A stretch of 64,000 bases of DNA from Octopus bimaculoides (lineage: Eukaryota), in contig NC_068981.1 in NCBI RefSeq assembly GCF_001194135.2, positions 142,559,416 through 142,623,415 of the forward strand, read 5' to 3'. The notes below the pieces were generated by a model. The model had not been told where the DNA came from, ran no database searches, and saw nothing but the letters and a program-made list of their open reading frames with translations. A program made the translations under genes and the position numbers. Within the stretch, counting starts at the first letter, position 1. The number at the start of each line of letters is the position of its first letter. This document shows positions 14,637 through 28,069 of this stretch, piece by piece.

Positions 14637-15526
14637 TAGGTATTTGTATGTATATATCTATCTACATATATATGTGTGTGTGTGTGTGTGTGTGTCTGTG
14701 TGTGTCTGTGTGTGTATAATTATATATATATATATATACATTACATGTGGTCTATTTCTGTCACTTTTCTAAAACGACTTAGACAAGCAAAGTAATTGCT
14801 AGCGATGTGGAAAATCATAAGAGACTTTGCAGGAGAGAGGAAGGATGAGGTCTGTTTAGATGTACAACAGAATATATCATGAATAATCTCTGATAATAGA
14901 GGAAGTAAAAATATCAACAACGGTGACAATGACGACGAGGATAATAGATATGACGATGAGGAGGAGAAAGAGGAGGCTTGAATTTCTCGATGAAAAACAA
15001 AAGGTTCACAGATAGATCCTGGACGATAAGGGAAGAATCATCTAGGGGTTATGCAAAAGGTTGTAAAAAATGAAATAACACAAAGAGCCCAAGAACTGAA
15101 ACACGTCATAATTCCTCTAAAGCACGATGCTTGTGAAATCCCTACAGAATCCAGAAGCGCCTTGATCACTTGAACAAATATACCTTTCCTATATTCCTTC
15201 CTCAATCCATAGGCGCATACTCATAGTAAACCTTCTTAGTCGACATCGTTGCCATTTTCATTCATCTTTCAAAAAATTCGCTGCGATGCAGCACTTTCTA
15301 TTTCAAATGAAGTTTGTAACATTTGATTAGGGCATAACCACAGGAGTAGGTATCTGCTTTCATTGCTTTTGGTCTGATTCGCCTCACAACCGCTTTGTGC
15401 TACACCACCGATCATATGAATACAGCCTGTCCTTCCCAGCTAAATGAAGGCGGCCAGACGATATTCAAAATCGATTCAGCGTATTGGTCAGCACTTCCTA
15501 TTATCTGTGATCCCTGGTGCTAGTGC

Positions 15527-15809
15527 TGTTGTTTGTTCCTTCTGGAGCCATGCCTGCCTCATAAGGGCCGGTTTCCCGGTTTCATTGGCGTGTAGGTTCC
15601 CCACTCCGACGGGATGCCGGTCTATCGCAGATGAGCTGCTAGATGCAGGAAGAAAGAGTGAGAGAAAATTGCGACCAGTAAGTCAGCAGAAGTTCGCCAT
15701 TACCCCCTGCCGGAGCCGCATATTCATACGCATCACGCGGTCTGAGATTCGAACCCTCCATCCCTCGACCACGCGTCCGCGTCCACGCGTCCGACCATGT
15801 GCCTCCACT
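15527..15809 (-). mobile_element. tRNA-derived SINE, near full length
   Basis: Minus strand: GTGGAGGCACATGG head, B-box GGGTTCGAATC (15745-15755), GC-rich body and an (AAC)-like tail; explains the spurious ORFs at 15444-15925. Confidence 0.75.
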
Positions 15810-16403
15810 CTGATGGTGGTGTATCTTCTATTTATTTTGTTACCGTTGCTTCCACTCTTTGTGTTCCCAAGGAAGTTGTTGCTGCTAGTTGTGCGTGGGT
15901 TCCATTCTTGTATCAAGTGATGCACTCAAACTGTTGTAGTGGTTGCATGCTTTCATTGTAGGTGTGGTTACCGTTGCTATTGTTTTTGTTGTTGCTGTCG
16001 TTGTGTTGTTGTTGTGATGTTGCTGCTGTTGTGTTGTTGCTGTTGTTGTTGTGCTAGTAGAGTGTTGATGTGGTCTTGGCAATAGTGAAAATCATATTCT
16101 GTTATTGTTAGTGTCAGAAAGCTTGGAGGTAGTCAGTGTTTCCACACTTGTAACATCGATGTCTTCTATCCTCTACTATCACCTGTAATAGTTGCCCGCC
16201 TTGAATATCCATCCCTTAGATGGTTGGTGGTGGTGGTGGTGGTGGTTGTCGTCTCACATTCATTTGAATTAGAATCTCCAAATACACATACGTCAATCTC
16301 AATTTCAAAATCGTGTTACTTCCCATAGCATGCTACAGTTATTCGAAACCATATATTTTATCATATACTAGAAATCTAGTTGTTTAATCCGTAGCTCTAA
16401 TAT

Positions 16404-17185
16404 CACCAGTCACATATACTCATCTTGACATCAGCGACTGGCAGCTGTTCACATCAATGTCACTAAAAGTGAATGAATAGTTATGCAAACAATGCATTAA
16501 CTTCTTTTAGATTCGTGAAGTCATATTAAAAAATGATTAGCTTTTTAAATATAAACTAAAAGCCGTTGTATGTTATAAAGCAGGATTTTGTCATAATCTT
16601 TTTCTTAATACGATTTTACACAATATATTCTTTGAGCTTATGATAACTTTTCAAGCTATAAAACTCCTATGTAGTGTGTACGTTAATATTCATAGTCACA
16701 CACACACACACGATCACACGTGGGTGTCATCTGTAAGAGAGTGTGTATACTTTTGTGTTTGCGCTTGTGTGTGCCCACGTGGATTTGTTTGCATCATGAC
16801 AGAAATAACCTCTGCTAAGTCTCTACTTATAACATTTGACCCTGTATAACTCATAACTTAAAGTTGTCGTCGGCAACTAAAGCAGCCACTACATATTAGA
16901 AGGTTATTGGAAACCCAGCAGGAGGCAAGATATGTCAAAAGGCAGATAAATTCAACGTTACTCCAGAGACGACCTTGTGACAAGGAATTAGGTCATTGAG
17001 ATAATCGAGAAGGTGACCAAATGTGCCTGACGAACATCAAAGTATTCATTCAGAAGTTAACACACTTCGAATTATAAACTCGTTTGCCTGGTTGACGAAA
17101 CGAGACGGGAATTTTAATATATATCTTCCAGTTTATGCTTCCACCAGTGACATATACTCATCTTGACATCAGTGACTGGCACCTG
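16404..17185 (+). repeat. Pair of 44-bp direct repeats (16404-16447, 17142-17185)
   Basis: CACCAGT(C/G)ACATATACTCATCTTGACATCAG(C/T)GACTGGCA(G/C)CTG; 41/44 identical, 738 bp apart. Confidence 0.9.
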
Positions 17186-18559
17186 ATATTTAACGAACGT
17201 TTGTTGTTTTGCACCTCATAGATAGTACTGTCTAACATTGTAGTATTCTAGTCAAAATGTTTTGTAGATAGGTGCGGGAAAATGTACGCTGAATTAGCGA
17301 TTTGCAATTTTCAGTCACAATTTCTCCTGCACACTAGGTGGTGTACGCTTCATCTTTAAACTGATTTCTACGATTTTGGCAGTTGAAAGAATTTAGTGGA
17401 ATGATCTGGGAAGGGATTAAAAACATTGTTTATCCATTCCCTGCGCCAAATTCCGAGCGGTGTACCATATCATTCTGCTATTCAATTCAGCATATTTAAC
17501 AAGCTTAAACAACTGAAAGTTACGGAACAGGCTTACCACTGGAAAATGCCTCATGTGATGGATGACAAGAAATTCGTCCTATCTAAGCGATGTGTGTATC
17601 TCGTTGTAGATACTTAAATGAAATAAGTATAGTTACTTTTGTCTTATAAAATCAACAGATATAAAATGAAAAGCAGCCTTGGACTTAGCGCTCAGAAAGA
17701 ACGTGCTTAGTATTTGAATTACCTGACTTTCAGCTAGAGTGAACAAATTATTACATCCCGTTTTACGGCAGTTCTACAAAGGTTCATTTGACTAATGTAA
17801 AGAACTATCCTACTCAAAGGAAGAATACGCATCGCGTTTCTAAGAATATCTTGAAATATCCATTACAACTGCACTGACTGGTGACAAAATGATATTATAT
17901 GGGGTTTTTAAATCAGGTTATGCCTTAAATGAATATATGTGGTTTATCATGATATTAAGCTTTCAGAAAAATGAGTATGTCCGCTCGTTGTAGTTATCTA
18001 ATGAAACGGGCCTTCTAATAGTTAACGCACGGCTACAAGCTTGAGCATTAGAAATTTAAGTATAAGACATGTGAACACGTTCTCGGTTGAAACACAGTCA
18101 TACTGCTGTCTTTGTCATATTACAACATTCCATTCATCTTCGCTTGTAGGTGAAAAACTTGTGTAATACCACGCGTTATTAAGATCTGTCACTACCTGTA
18201 CGAACAGAGATGAAATTCGTTCTTATACTACATAACATGAAAGGACAGGATCGATCAAAGTTTGAGTAACTCCGAGTTACAATAATTACATTCTTCATAG
18301 ATTTCTTGTAAGTAAACCACTAGACTGTTCATAAACAGATGTTAAACAAAATGGTTACGCAACCTAAGCCGATATGTTGGAATTAAGGGCATATGGAGTC
18401 ACAGATTAATTCGGTGGAAATAACTGAGTCATATCTGACATCCTACACGTATCAAAGCAGAATTTATTTTATCCTAATTGATCGGGAAATTTACGTCCGA
18501 AAATGCAGAATCGTTGGAACACCATAAGTCAGTGTTGCAGAAAGTATTGATGCCTACGA

Positions 18560-18850
18560 AGAGCTTATAATGGTTGAACTTGTCCATAGATAGAGATGCT
18601 TGCCAAGAAAGACTCCGAAGCAAATTGTTTAGTACTTCCTTCTAACAGAGTTTTTAGATATTTGCCCAGAGTTTTATTGAAACGTCTGCTGCTATCTATT
18701 CTACCGATGTTTCAGAGTCTCAATATGGATTCAGATATGGTCGAGGCATAGAGATAAGCTCTGTAACACCAGCTACAGACGTGCATATAGATCACATTTC
18801 AACTTAACCAATGTTTTGTCAAAAGCTGATCTCTGTGGACAATGGATTTA
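18560..18850 (+). mobile_element. Degraded RTE-like LINE reverse transcriptase fragment
   Basis: Broken frames read RVLLKRL / DVSESQYGFRYGRG / HQLQ, matching the RTE consensus ARV.L.RL...ESQ.GFR..R...RQLQEK. Confidence 0.65.
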
Positions 18851-21800
18851 CACTTACGCAGGTATAGTCATGAATTGAAATGCATTGCATACTTATGAAT
18901 ATTTTAAACATACAATAATCGCAAAAATCATAACCTAAATTCTAATAATCTATCTGCGACTTTTAGAAACATAATCATTTAATGCATAAGGAAGTCCTAT
19001 TAGCATAATTAGTGAAGTACTGGAGTAAATACTTCGCAACATTTGGTATCTCCGTACACGTCCTTAGATTAAAATTTTATTGCAAGGTAAAATAACCTTC
19101 AATCACCACAGAATTTAAGAAATTTTCAGGTGTAAACTTGAATAGTTTGATCCATTAGACATAGATTGTTAGTTTCATGCTTAATTGTCTACGAATCACT
19201 AAGTATATAATATTTTGGATAGTTTTCAAATTACGATTTCCCTAACGATTTCCCCAAGTTGTTTATGAGTGAGTTTTACTGTATTGGAACTGGAAGTAAA
19301 AGGTGTTAAGTTTGTTTGCAGTGCATGTACGTCTGGCAAAAATGCGTGTTGGAAATAAAATAAATTGTAAAATATGAAAGATTGCAAAATAATCAGTGTC
19401 TCCACAATCAGTATATGCGAGGGTGGAGCACCAGGGAAAAAGAGCAGAGACCATGCAGGTTGCATTTCAATGTAGGAGGGAAAGCGATGCTTATTAAATA
19501 CGAATGTTTTTCATCTCCATCTCGCTATCATTTTCATTCCTAACATTAGCTTCTAATTTAGACGTACGGGCTAAATTTATGACTATTTTTAGATCCAGTC
19601 AGTTACTTTATTACATAATTCTTTGACACATGGATGGTTCGAAACAAATTATACTTGAACAGGATTTTGAATTTGCAACTTTGAATGGTGTATTTTTTTA
19701 AATTCTACCAATTACTACATTCGCCATTTTTTTGAAAAAGAAGATAAGCTATTAAATACAAAAAATAGAGTTCCAATAATAATCACTCCATTGCATTCTA
19801 GGTTCTAATGTCATCGATATATTTTTTGGTATTCAACTTTTCAAGATCATTCAAATTACTATAAATCATATATTCTAGATGTAATAAACAACATACTATC
19901 GTATGACATAAGAAAGTATTACAAAAACATAATCATCAAGAAAGTCAGGACAAACAAACGAATGTGTCAATAAAATCAAGGTATCATCCAAATTTTTTTT
20001 TTCAAATTAAGCGAAATTTTTTTTGTTCATGGTGTTATAAGAAATAGTACGTCTCTATTCGGGTAATGTTGTCCTAGATAAATTATATGAAAATAATACG
20101 AGTTGGCCTTGATTGGAAGGGAGTACGTCAGAGAAAGCAATAACAACAACAACAACAATAAAGGAAAACATAATCTCTCGTAATTCAATATTTGAAACCA
20201 TTCAATTTATACTATTTATGTAATCTGGTTCGAAAAAAATAGATAAAATAAAATGAAATAGAAGCAAGAACAGCGTTGCAATATTAAACTTATATGAAAG
20301 TTGGGAAGTATTCATTTAAATATTCATTTGACATAAGGATAATATGCTGTCTCATTTATCTAATTAGTTAAGATAAATAGCATTTATTCTTTATTTTGAA
20401 TTTTTTTTTAAATTGTCTTCCCGAACTTTTCATTTAAAATTTGTTGTAGCTAACGAACAGGAAGATACTAGAAAAAAAAGAAGAAACTGTAGACGAACTG
20501 CAACACAACGCTCTACATACAAGCATATAATGTAAAATATATTATGTGCATGTGTGTGTGTTTGTGTGTCTGCGCGGCAGAGAGGAAAAATGTTCTTCGT
20601 TTGATGTGATATAGGTTTCTTTCTTTTTGCTTTTGAGATTTGTCTGCTCTCATATATTTCTATATTCATTTATTTACTTCTACACATCTTTTTTAGACGA
20701 GATTCCAGCGCTTAATTCTCCAATACACCATAGCATGAACGACACTAACGGTCATTTTTTTTTTGGGCTTGTTAATAACACAGCAACATATCTAATATAT
20801 TTGTCTTTATTCGAATTTGCTGTTGTTTTCATTGTGTTGCTTTTGTGTTGTTCTCTCATTTTGATTTTGTCTGTTTTACTTGAGTTCATTGAACAATGAA
20901 AAAAAATAACATTCCAGAATTAACAATCATTAGGAACATGACTTTTTTTTGTTTAAAAGCCTAATGGATTTAGAAACATAATAGAAATAATGGATTTCTA
21001 AGAGTAAAGGAAGTCTAGTTGCTAAAACTTTAAAACATTATATATGTAGGGTATGCGCATGCGTGTGTGCTTGTTTGAAGTTGTGTGAAGTATGCGTGCA
21101 TGAGCGTATCTATATTACATATTCATGTACGTTTGTTTATATATATATATATATATATATATNNNNNNNNNNNNNNNNNNNNNNNNNNNNNNNNNNNNNN
21201 NNNNNNNNNNNNNNNNNNNNNNNNNNNNNNNNNNNNNNNNNNNNNNNNNNNNNNNNNNNNNNNNNNNNNNNNNNNNNNNNNNNNNNNNNNNNNNNNNNNN
21301 NNNNNNNNNNNNNNNNNNNNNNNNNNNNNNNNNNNNNNNNNNNNNNNNNNNNNNNNNNNNNNNNNNNNNNNNNNNNNNNNNNNNNNNNNNNNNNNNNNNN
21401 NNNNNNNNNNNNNNNNNNNNNNNNNNNNNNNNNNNNNNNNNNNATATACATGTATGTATGTATGCACGTAAGTACAACTAATGATACATCCGTGTACGGT
21501 ATGCAAGACCGTACTCACTGTCACTCTGATACATATATAACCCCCATAATTGAATGCTACGCTCTCTACACGCGCACGCACATACTCATGCATGTACAAA
21601 TATTGATATCTGAAAAACGATTCACAATTAGGCCTTTTCGAAATAGTTGAATATATGCTTAGATTGAGGTACAGAATAACAACGGTTTCGGTGTTTCGAA
21701 TCATTGGTCCTTCAAACGTTAATATAGGCAAATATGTACCTGGTAGAAAAAAAAAAAGTCGAAACATCGGTGAGAACCGTATGAAAATAGTGTTGTACAA

Positions 21801-24234
21801 TATAAAGGTATAGAAAATTCAACGGCAGATGGATTATTTCCAAATCCAACTGTTGCTAAAAAAAGTGCGGAATTTTTTTTTTATAAAATAAATGAAATTC
21901 GTAAGAGACCTGTCTAATAAATATACTCATGAAGTACTGTATAGGAATGTAGAAATATGGGTATGTCGATAATTAATATGAATATATGATATATACAATT
22001 TTTAGATGTATGCATATTAATGAATATTATATTTAGTTTGAAGCTAAACAATTAACAATATACTCTCGAAAGTTTAAGAGTACGAAGTTTAAGAATAAAG
22101 ATTGTAACTTATAAACCTGATTTCGAAATTATTTTCTCCAACAAAAATATTTCAATTTTTACCGGTGCGTTAAAAAATGTTCCATGTTCCTCTCATTCGT
22201 TTAAAAATAATAACCAATTAGTGAACGATAAAATAATGAGGGGAATCAGTGGTGGTGAATCTGCGAAATAAATGATGCAGAAGACGAGTTACATTGCATT
22301 TTCGATACGACATCTTGAGAGAAACTAACATAGAGCTGAAATGTGTGTAATACTTTGAGCATCGACAAATTAATAGGAGGGAGATGGATCCCTAATGTTG
22401 TTGAAGGTTTAGAATGAAATCGTAATTGAAAGAAAAATGACATAATTAGCTAATGTAGGCACAGTTAACACATGGCTAACATCAGAAGTGACACACCAAC
22501 AGACTAAGAATGTTTAAAATATGGGATACTTTCAAATGTCCCCAACTGTGTGATATGTATATACATACTCATAAGGAGATAGAAGGGGAAGAAAGAAAGG
22601 GAGAACTGTATATGTGTATCGCTGTCTTATGGGCAATGCTGAATGACAGCTTTGCACACAATGATGGCCCCGTGAACAATAATGCAAAGGACATGCACGG
22701 GCAGACGTTTTGAAGCCGGCCAAGTTGAATTATGAATATAATTGAAGCCTCTCAGAGTTGCACTTTAGACTTCCGCTTACATCCTACAAGCTGTAATGGA
22801 CAAGCAACATCATGAGCGTGAAGATCTCCCATATATCCAAAATTTCCTGTGATTTCCATCTATCCCAACATTGCAACTGAGTAAGCTCCTGTTGAATATC
22901 TCTCTTTACACCAATCCTTCTTCTGATGCCCAGCAGTAGGTTTCTCAATATGATTGAACTTATTCAAGATGTTAGGAATGCAAACTGTTTTACCTCTTTC
23001 TCTAATTGATAGTATTCATCTGTCTACATGTCTACGATTCTCTCTTGAAAGTCAACCTGAGTGAAGATCATGTTTTCGATGACAGTGAAACTTTGTCCAA
23101 ACTCTTTGAAAGTAGGTAAAAATTATACCTCTATTTTAGCATGGCACATCGTATGTACGCGGACGGGCAATATATTTGCGTCAACAGTTATAGGTATCTA
23201 TGACAATAATACATAGGATTTAACGCTCTAACCTTGTTCGGCTCCCGAGCATAAGAACACAGCACACCCCTTTCATTTTTCTACCTAGTAGGAGTAATCG
23301 TGGAATGGGAGTGACTTCCTAGGGAGCATTATTATTGAAATATCGCCATTCGTGAGCTCTAGAATGTATTAATGTAATTCTACATGGTAGGTGAAGAATC
23401 TACTCTCTCAAAGAGGATGAGTCTGCTAACTTTTCTATCCGCGAAAGCAAGAAACTGCATAGTGTATTGCGATTTCAAGATTGATGGAATCCAGAATGCA
23501 CTTACAAGTAACTGTTATTTTCACTTAGAGAGGTTGTTTGGCATGCATTGTTGTGAGAGTTGGAAATGAAGTTATATTTGTATCTTTACAAATATCGTCC
23601 TGGATATGTTTTTAAACTGCTTCGGTTAGTAGTGCTCTTCCAAGTTCTAAGTTGTGTGGAACCATCTCTGAGCCATTGCTGTTGCCAGGTCTGCTCTGTC
23701 AGGGAGTAACAGCAACTATGATGATCCGCGCTATAGGTTAATTTACATATATATGTATGCATGTATATATATATATATATATATATATATNNNNNNNNNN
23801 NNNNNNNNNNNNNNNNNNNNNNNNNNNNNNNNNNNNNNNNNNNNNNNNNNNNNNNNNNNNNNNNNNNNNNNNNNNNNNNNNNNNNNNNNNNNNNNNNNNN
23901 NNNNNNNNNNNNNNNNNNNNNNNNNNNNNNNNNNNNNNNNNNNNNNNNCATATATATATACACACATATATACACACACATATAGCTAAATAAGTTGCAG
24001 GTAAAAATCTTGTAGAGTGCTTTGCAAAGCTCGTCCACATTTATCGGCTGCCTGGTGTCATCAGACAGTGGAAATACAAATCAAGAATTCGATAGCATCT
24101 GTATTTAAAGAATCACCTGAGAATATGCCCTTAACCATTATACAAGAACTTACAAATGAACTTAAGGTGTAAAGATGTGTCGAACGAATTGTTCTGATTT
24201 TAAATAACTATCTTTCATTGTATGGTGCATCATG

Positions 24235-24235
<1 letters not shown>

Positions 24236-24282
<47 letters not shown>

Positions 24283-24315
24283 CATCTATCTATCTATCTA
24301 TCTATCCAACTATCC

Positions 24316-24382
<67 letters not shown>
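24236..24382. repeat. (CTAT)n microsatellite
   Basis: Directly visible tandem tetranucleotide repeat. Confidence 0.98.
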
Positions 24383-24384
<2 letters not shown>

Positions 24385-25024
24385 GTCGCGCCTCCTTCTT
24401 TTAAACGGGAAGGAAGAGCTATTTTCATCGTACTTGTGGCTATGGCGAAAGAATGTGTATGGTGGACGCGTCTGAAAGGTCTAGAGACAAAGACTTTCCT
24501 CTCTGGGCAATCTCATCAACTTCTTCAAGTATCATCTGAAGAGGAAGGTGAGAGTAGAAAGGGAAGTCGTGTCTAGTGAATGCTTCAAAAAAAAGATGGG
24601 TGGATGTAGCAAGAATGGCACGTGTAAATGACGGAGCCACCTTGAGCATAACACTATAAAAGAGTTTTAAAAATCCAGACAAAAAACAAAAAGGCAAAAG
24701 AGAGTCACTTGCTGTTATAGTTTCTGTAATGACAATATTGACCAAGGCTACCGTGGTCTTTTCCGTAGGCTTTTCTTTCCACGGCTAAACCTAAATTGTC
24801 CTCCCCTCTTTTTACACGAGAACATTACTGTGTGATACACGATCCCTCTTGATCGCTTTTTTTTTTCGATCCCTTTTGATCGAACGCCACCCTCTTTCCC
24901 TTCCTACGATCCCTTTTGATCGACACACACCTATTGTTTTTTTATCCTTCCCCTTCCCAAAAATAAAAGCTCTACGTTGTATTTGTCCCATCTTTGTTGA
25001 GCCCTGTGTGGCTAATAAAAGAAA
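24383..25024 (+). mobile_element. 5'-truncated Tx1/L1-clade LINE (ORF2 C-terminus plus 3' UTR)
   Basis: [32 protein letters not shown] / frameshift / INFFKYHLKRKVRVEREVVSSECFKKRWVDVARMARVNDGATLSITL* (stop 24657-24659); fits the Tx1-type AK..IW..R...F...W tail; AATAAAAGAAA end; (CTAT)n on both sides. Confidence 0.65.
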
Positions 25025-25136
25025 TGTATCTGTCTACGTATCTATCTATCCATCTATCTATCTATCTATCTACCTATTTATTTATGTGTGTGTTTGTCTG
25101 TGTGTGTCTCTATCTTTCTTTCTGCGTGTGTGTGTG

Positions 25137-25189
<53 letters not shown>

Positions 25190-25368
25190 NNNNNNNNNNN
25201 NNNNNNNNNNNNNNNNNNNNNNNNNNNNNNNNNNNNNNNNNNNNNNNNNNNNNNNNNNNNNNNNNNNNNNNNNNNNNNNNNNNNNNNNNNNNNNNNNNNN
25301 NNNNNNNNNNNNNNNNNNNNNNNNNNNNNNNNNNNNNNNNNNNNNNNNNNNNNNNNNNNNNNNNNNNN

Positions 25369-25403
<35 letters not shown>

Positions 25404-25446
25404 GCGCACACACACACACATACACACACATATATATATATATATA

Positions 25447-26545
25447 AATGAAAAATGTATGGCAAATAAAGAAATGACAGCGTATACTGAATGTAAAAAC
25501 GAACTGGAGACAAACAGAATGGCCGTGATTCTTGAGTTATCGACCAATTGGTAATTAACGATATGACTGAGTGCTTCCCAATTGACCTTGCCTGCAAAAA
25601 AAGTTTCCTTGTGGACAGTTATGAAACGAGAGCAAACAAAACAAAATACAGCAAGCATAACAATACACTGTGTGATTTAGGACGGTGGACATGAACCAAC
25701 AGACGAACAAAATATGGCCTTGGGGCTAAGGATACGAGAATAGTCGTTAACGCTTAGAAAATGTCTTAATGATGGAGGATGGAGAGACAGAAAATTAGGG
25801 ACTGGTCAGCTACCGGACCAGAGTAAGAAAGGAGGAAAAAGAGGAACTGGCCACGGTTTACGTGGTAGCAGAAAGCAGATGTGAAAGACAATAAGAGAGA
25901 GCGACAGAGAAAAAAAAAGCAAAGGTGTGAAGGGAAATGAGAAAGGCTTCGAATATGAGAGGGAGAGAGAGAAAAAGAGTAGGCAGAAATGCTAGAATAG
26001 ACGTGAGAGGGTAAGAGAAAGAAAAGGGGAATAAATGAAGACAGCAGAGAGAGAGAGAGAGAGAGTCACACTATTATATTAACTCCTTGTTAATACAAAT
26101 TCGTTGTGTGTTGCGTTCCATTACATAATAAATGAAAAAAATGTATGGTAAATAAACAAACAAAAAACGTACAATGAATGTAAAAACGAACGCACGTCTT
26201 CGTCAGTTATCGACCAATAAGTAATATTCAGTTTCGCACCTTTAACGATAAGACTTAGTGCTTCCCAATTGGCGATGCTCGCAAAATAGCTTTCTTGCGG
26301 AGAATTAGGGATGAGAGCAATCAAAACAAAATAAAACAAGCGAAACGACACAGAGTGTGATTTAGAACAGTGAACAAGGAAGAAAAATCGGAGCAAATAC
26401 GGCCTTGGGATCAAGGTGACGAGAATAGTGGGCAACGCTCATAAACTGTGTTGAAGGATGGAGTACGGAGAGACAGAGAATTTGCGACTGGTCAGCTACG
26501 GAACCAGTGTAAGAAAGGTAGGTGAAGAGAAACTGGGCACGGTGT
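25447..26545. repeat. Two diverged direct copies (about 25447-25870 and 26130-26545) of an unclassified interspersed repeat
   Basis: Collinear shared blocks AAATGTATGG, GAATGTAAAAACGAAC, GTTATCGACCAAT, AGTGCTTCCCAATTG, GTGTGATTTAG, GGCCTTGGG, GACTGGTCAGCTAC. Confidence 0.85.
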
Positions 26546-27160
26546 GTGTTTTTGTTTGTGTGTGTGTGTGTGTGTGTATGTGTGTGTGTGTGTGCGCGCG
26601 CGTTACTCTAATCTCTAAACACAGAATAATCTTATTTTTTACAGATTCAATATAAGAATTATGTTTGCATAAATCATTTTATAATTGCCAACTGCAATTT
26701 CTATTCTCCTTATCATGCAAATAGAATAATTAAAAATCAAGTTAAAAAAAAACAAACAATAATATTTATTGTAGCTAAACTTCTAATCATTCTTTGATAT
26801 TATAGATTATTTCTATATAACCTTTAACGAATTTCTACTTTAATGTCATTGGTCACAGGTCGCTAAAATACTGAGGCTGCAAGCCAAGATATGCAAAGAA
26901 AATCTGTATTTCTTAGAAATGATATACTGAACAGATATCAATAACAGCTTGGCTTCGATTTCTCATGAATCAGTCAACCATATGTTTGTTTCCCATTCTA
27001 TGTTTAAGATCTACAACAGTAGAGTTTATAAGTTATCTGCATATAGATTCGTAGTTCTGGATTTCATACCTCGAGATAATACATCACATATTTAATTGTA
27101 ATTTTCTATTAAGAGAGGAAAGTTTCCACTTGTAGTATTGAAGATAAATTTTCTCACCAG

Positions 27161-27232
27161 AATTTATGTATCGAGAACTTACGTTCCAACATGTGTTTAG
27201 CGGCGTGAAGATTATTCAAATTGAGTTCAGAG
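27161..27232 (+). other. Candidate 72-nt symmetric (phase 1-1) coding exon of an unidentified host gene
   Basis: TTTTCTCACCAG acceptor, GAG/GTGAGC donor, only one open frame (FMYRELTFQHVFSGVKIIQIEFR); no recognisable homology. Confidence 0.3.
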
Positions 27233-28069
27233 GTGAGCAATGTAAAGTAAGAGGCAAAAGAATGCTGAAAAGAGCCTAAATGCGACTTGCCATAAAACAT
27301 AGCTCTTGTAAGTTGCATACTATCACAGCACAATCCACTATGTTGTGAATAAATTATAATGATACTCCCTAATGTAAGTAAGTAAAGGTTCCTGAAGTTA
27401 TCAGCCGCACAGGAATAGTAAAGTTGAATGTTTTGTTGCTAAAACACGTAATGTAACAAATAAAGAAAAAAAATGAATTAATTAGATTTAGCGCAGAAAT
27501 GAGAACAAAGCCAACATCTTCTGAACAATGTTAATTAAATATGGTCAAGGCAAATCTGTGGCTAACCAAAACTTAATTCAATTATTATTACACATCGAAG
27601 AAACGAAATTATTGACCTTGATTTTGCATGCTTACTGCATTAACTATTGTAACACTTGTTAATTTTTATGTAGATGGAAATATGACACATGGCGTGTATG
27701 AGTGCAATAATGTCTCCCACAATAATTTGACTCTTGACTGAGTCGTTCCATTTCATTATACTCCTCTATTTTTTTTTTTTTTTACCATGGCTCCTGCTGA
27801 TTACAGTCAATAATCCTAATCGGACGAATTACAGCTGATTCAAGTATCATTCAAGAACAGAAACCTGAATGCTAAGCGGAGAGTTTCTTTCATTCGCAAT
27901 ACTAACAAACTCTATTTAATGTTGTACTATACGGTTCTGGGAGAATGCTGTTTATATACAGAAAAAAAAATACTTAAATAAACTTAGCAAGAAAACACTT
28001 GAAAAGTAAACCTTTTGTAAATAAATTACTTTATGATCTGCAAAATAATGTCCTCACTTGAATTTTCCG

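Noticed and set aside
15765-15793. TCGACCACGCGTCCG...CCACGCGTCCG resembles the SalI/MluI cDNA adapter
   Set aside because: One base short of the adapter, internal to a contig, and lying in the head of a minus-strand SINE; better explained as SINE sequence with a short tandem duplication.
17430-17600. IPSGVPYHSAIQFSIF...MDDKK resembling RT motifs; similar weak LINE-like traces at 22250-22330 and 22810-23080
   Set aside because: Similarity is too weak to classify by eye; would need an HMM search.
21684-21780. Imperfect inverted repeat and hammerhead-like GGACC-AAT-GATTC-GAAA on the minus strand
   Set aside because: The CUGANGA core is not intact and stem I does not pair; too degenerate to call.
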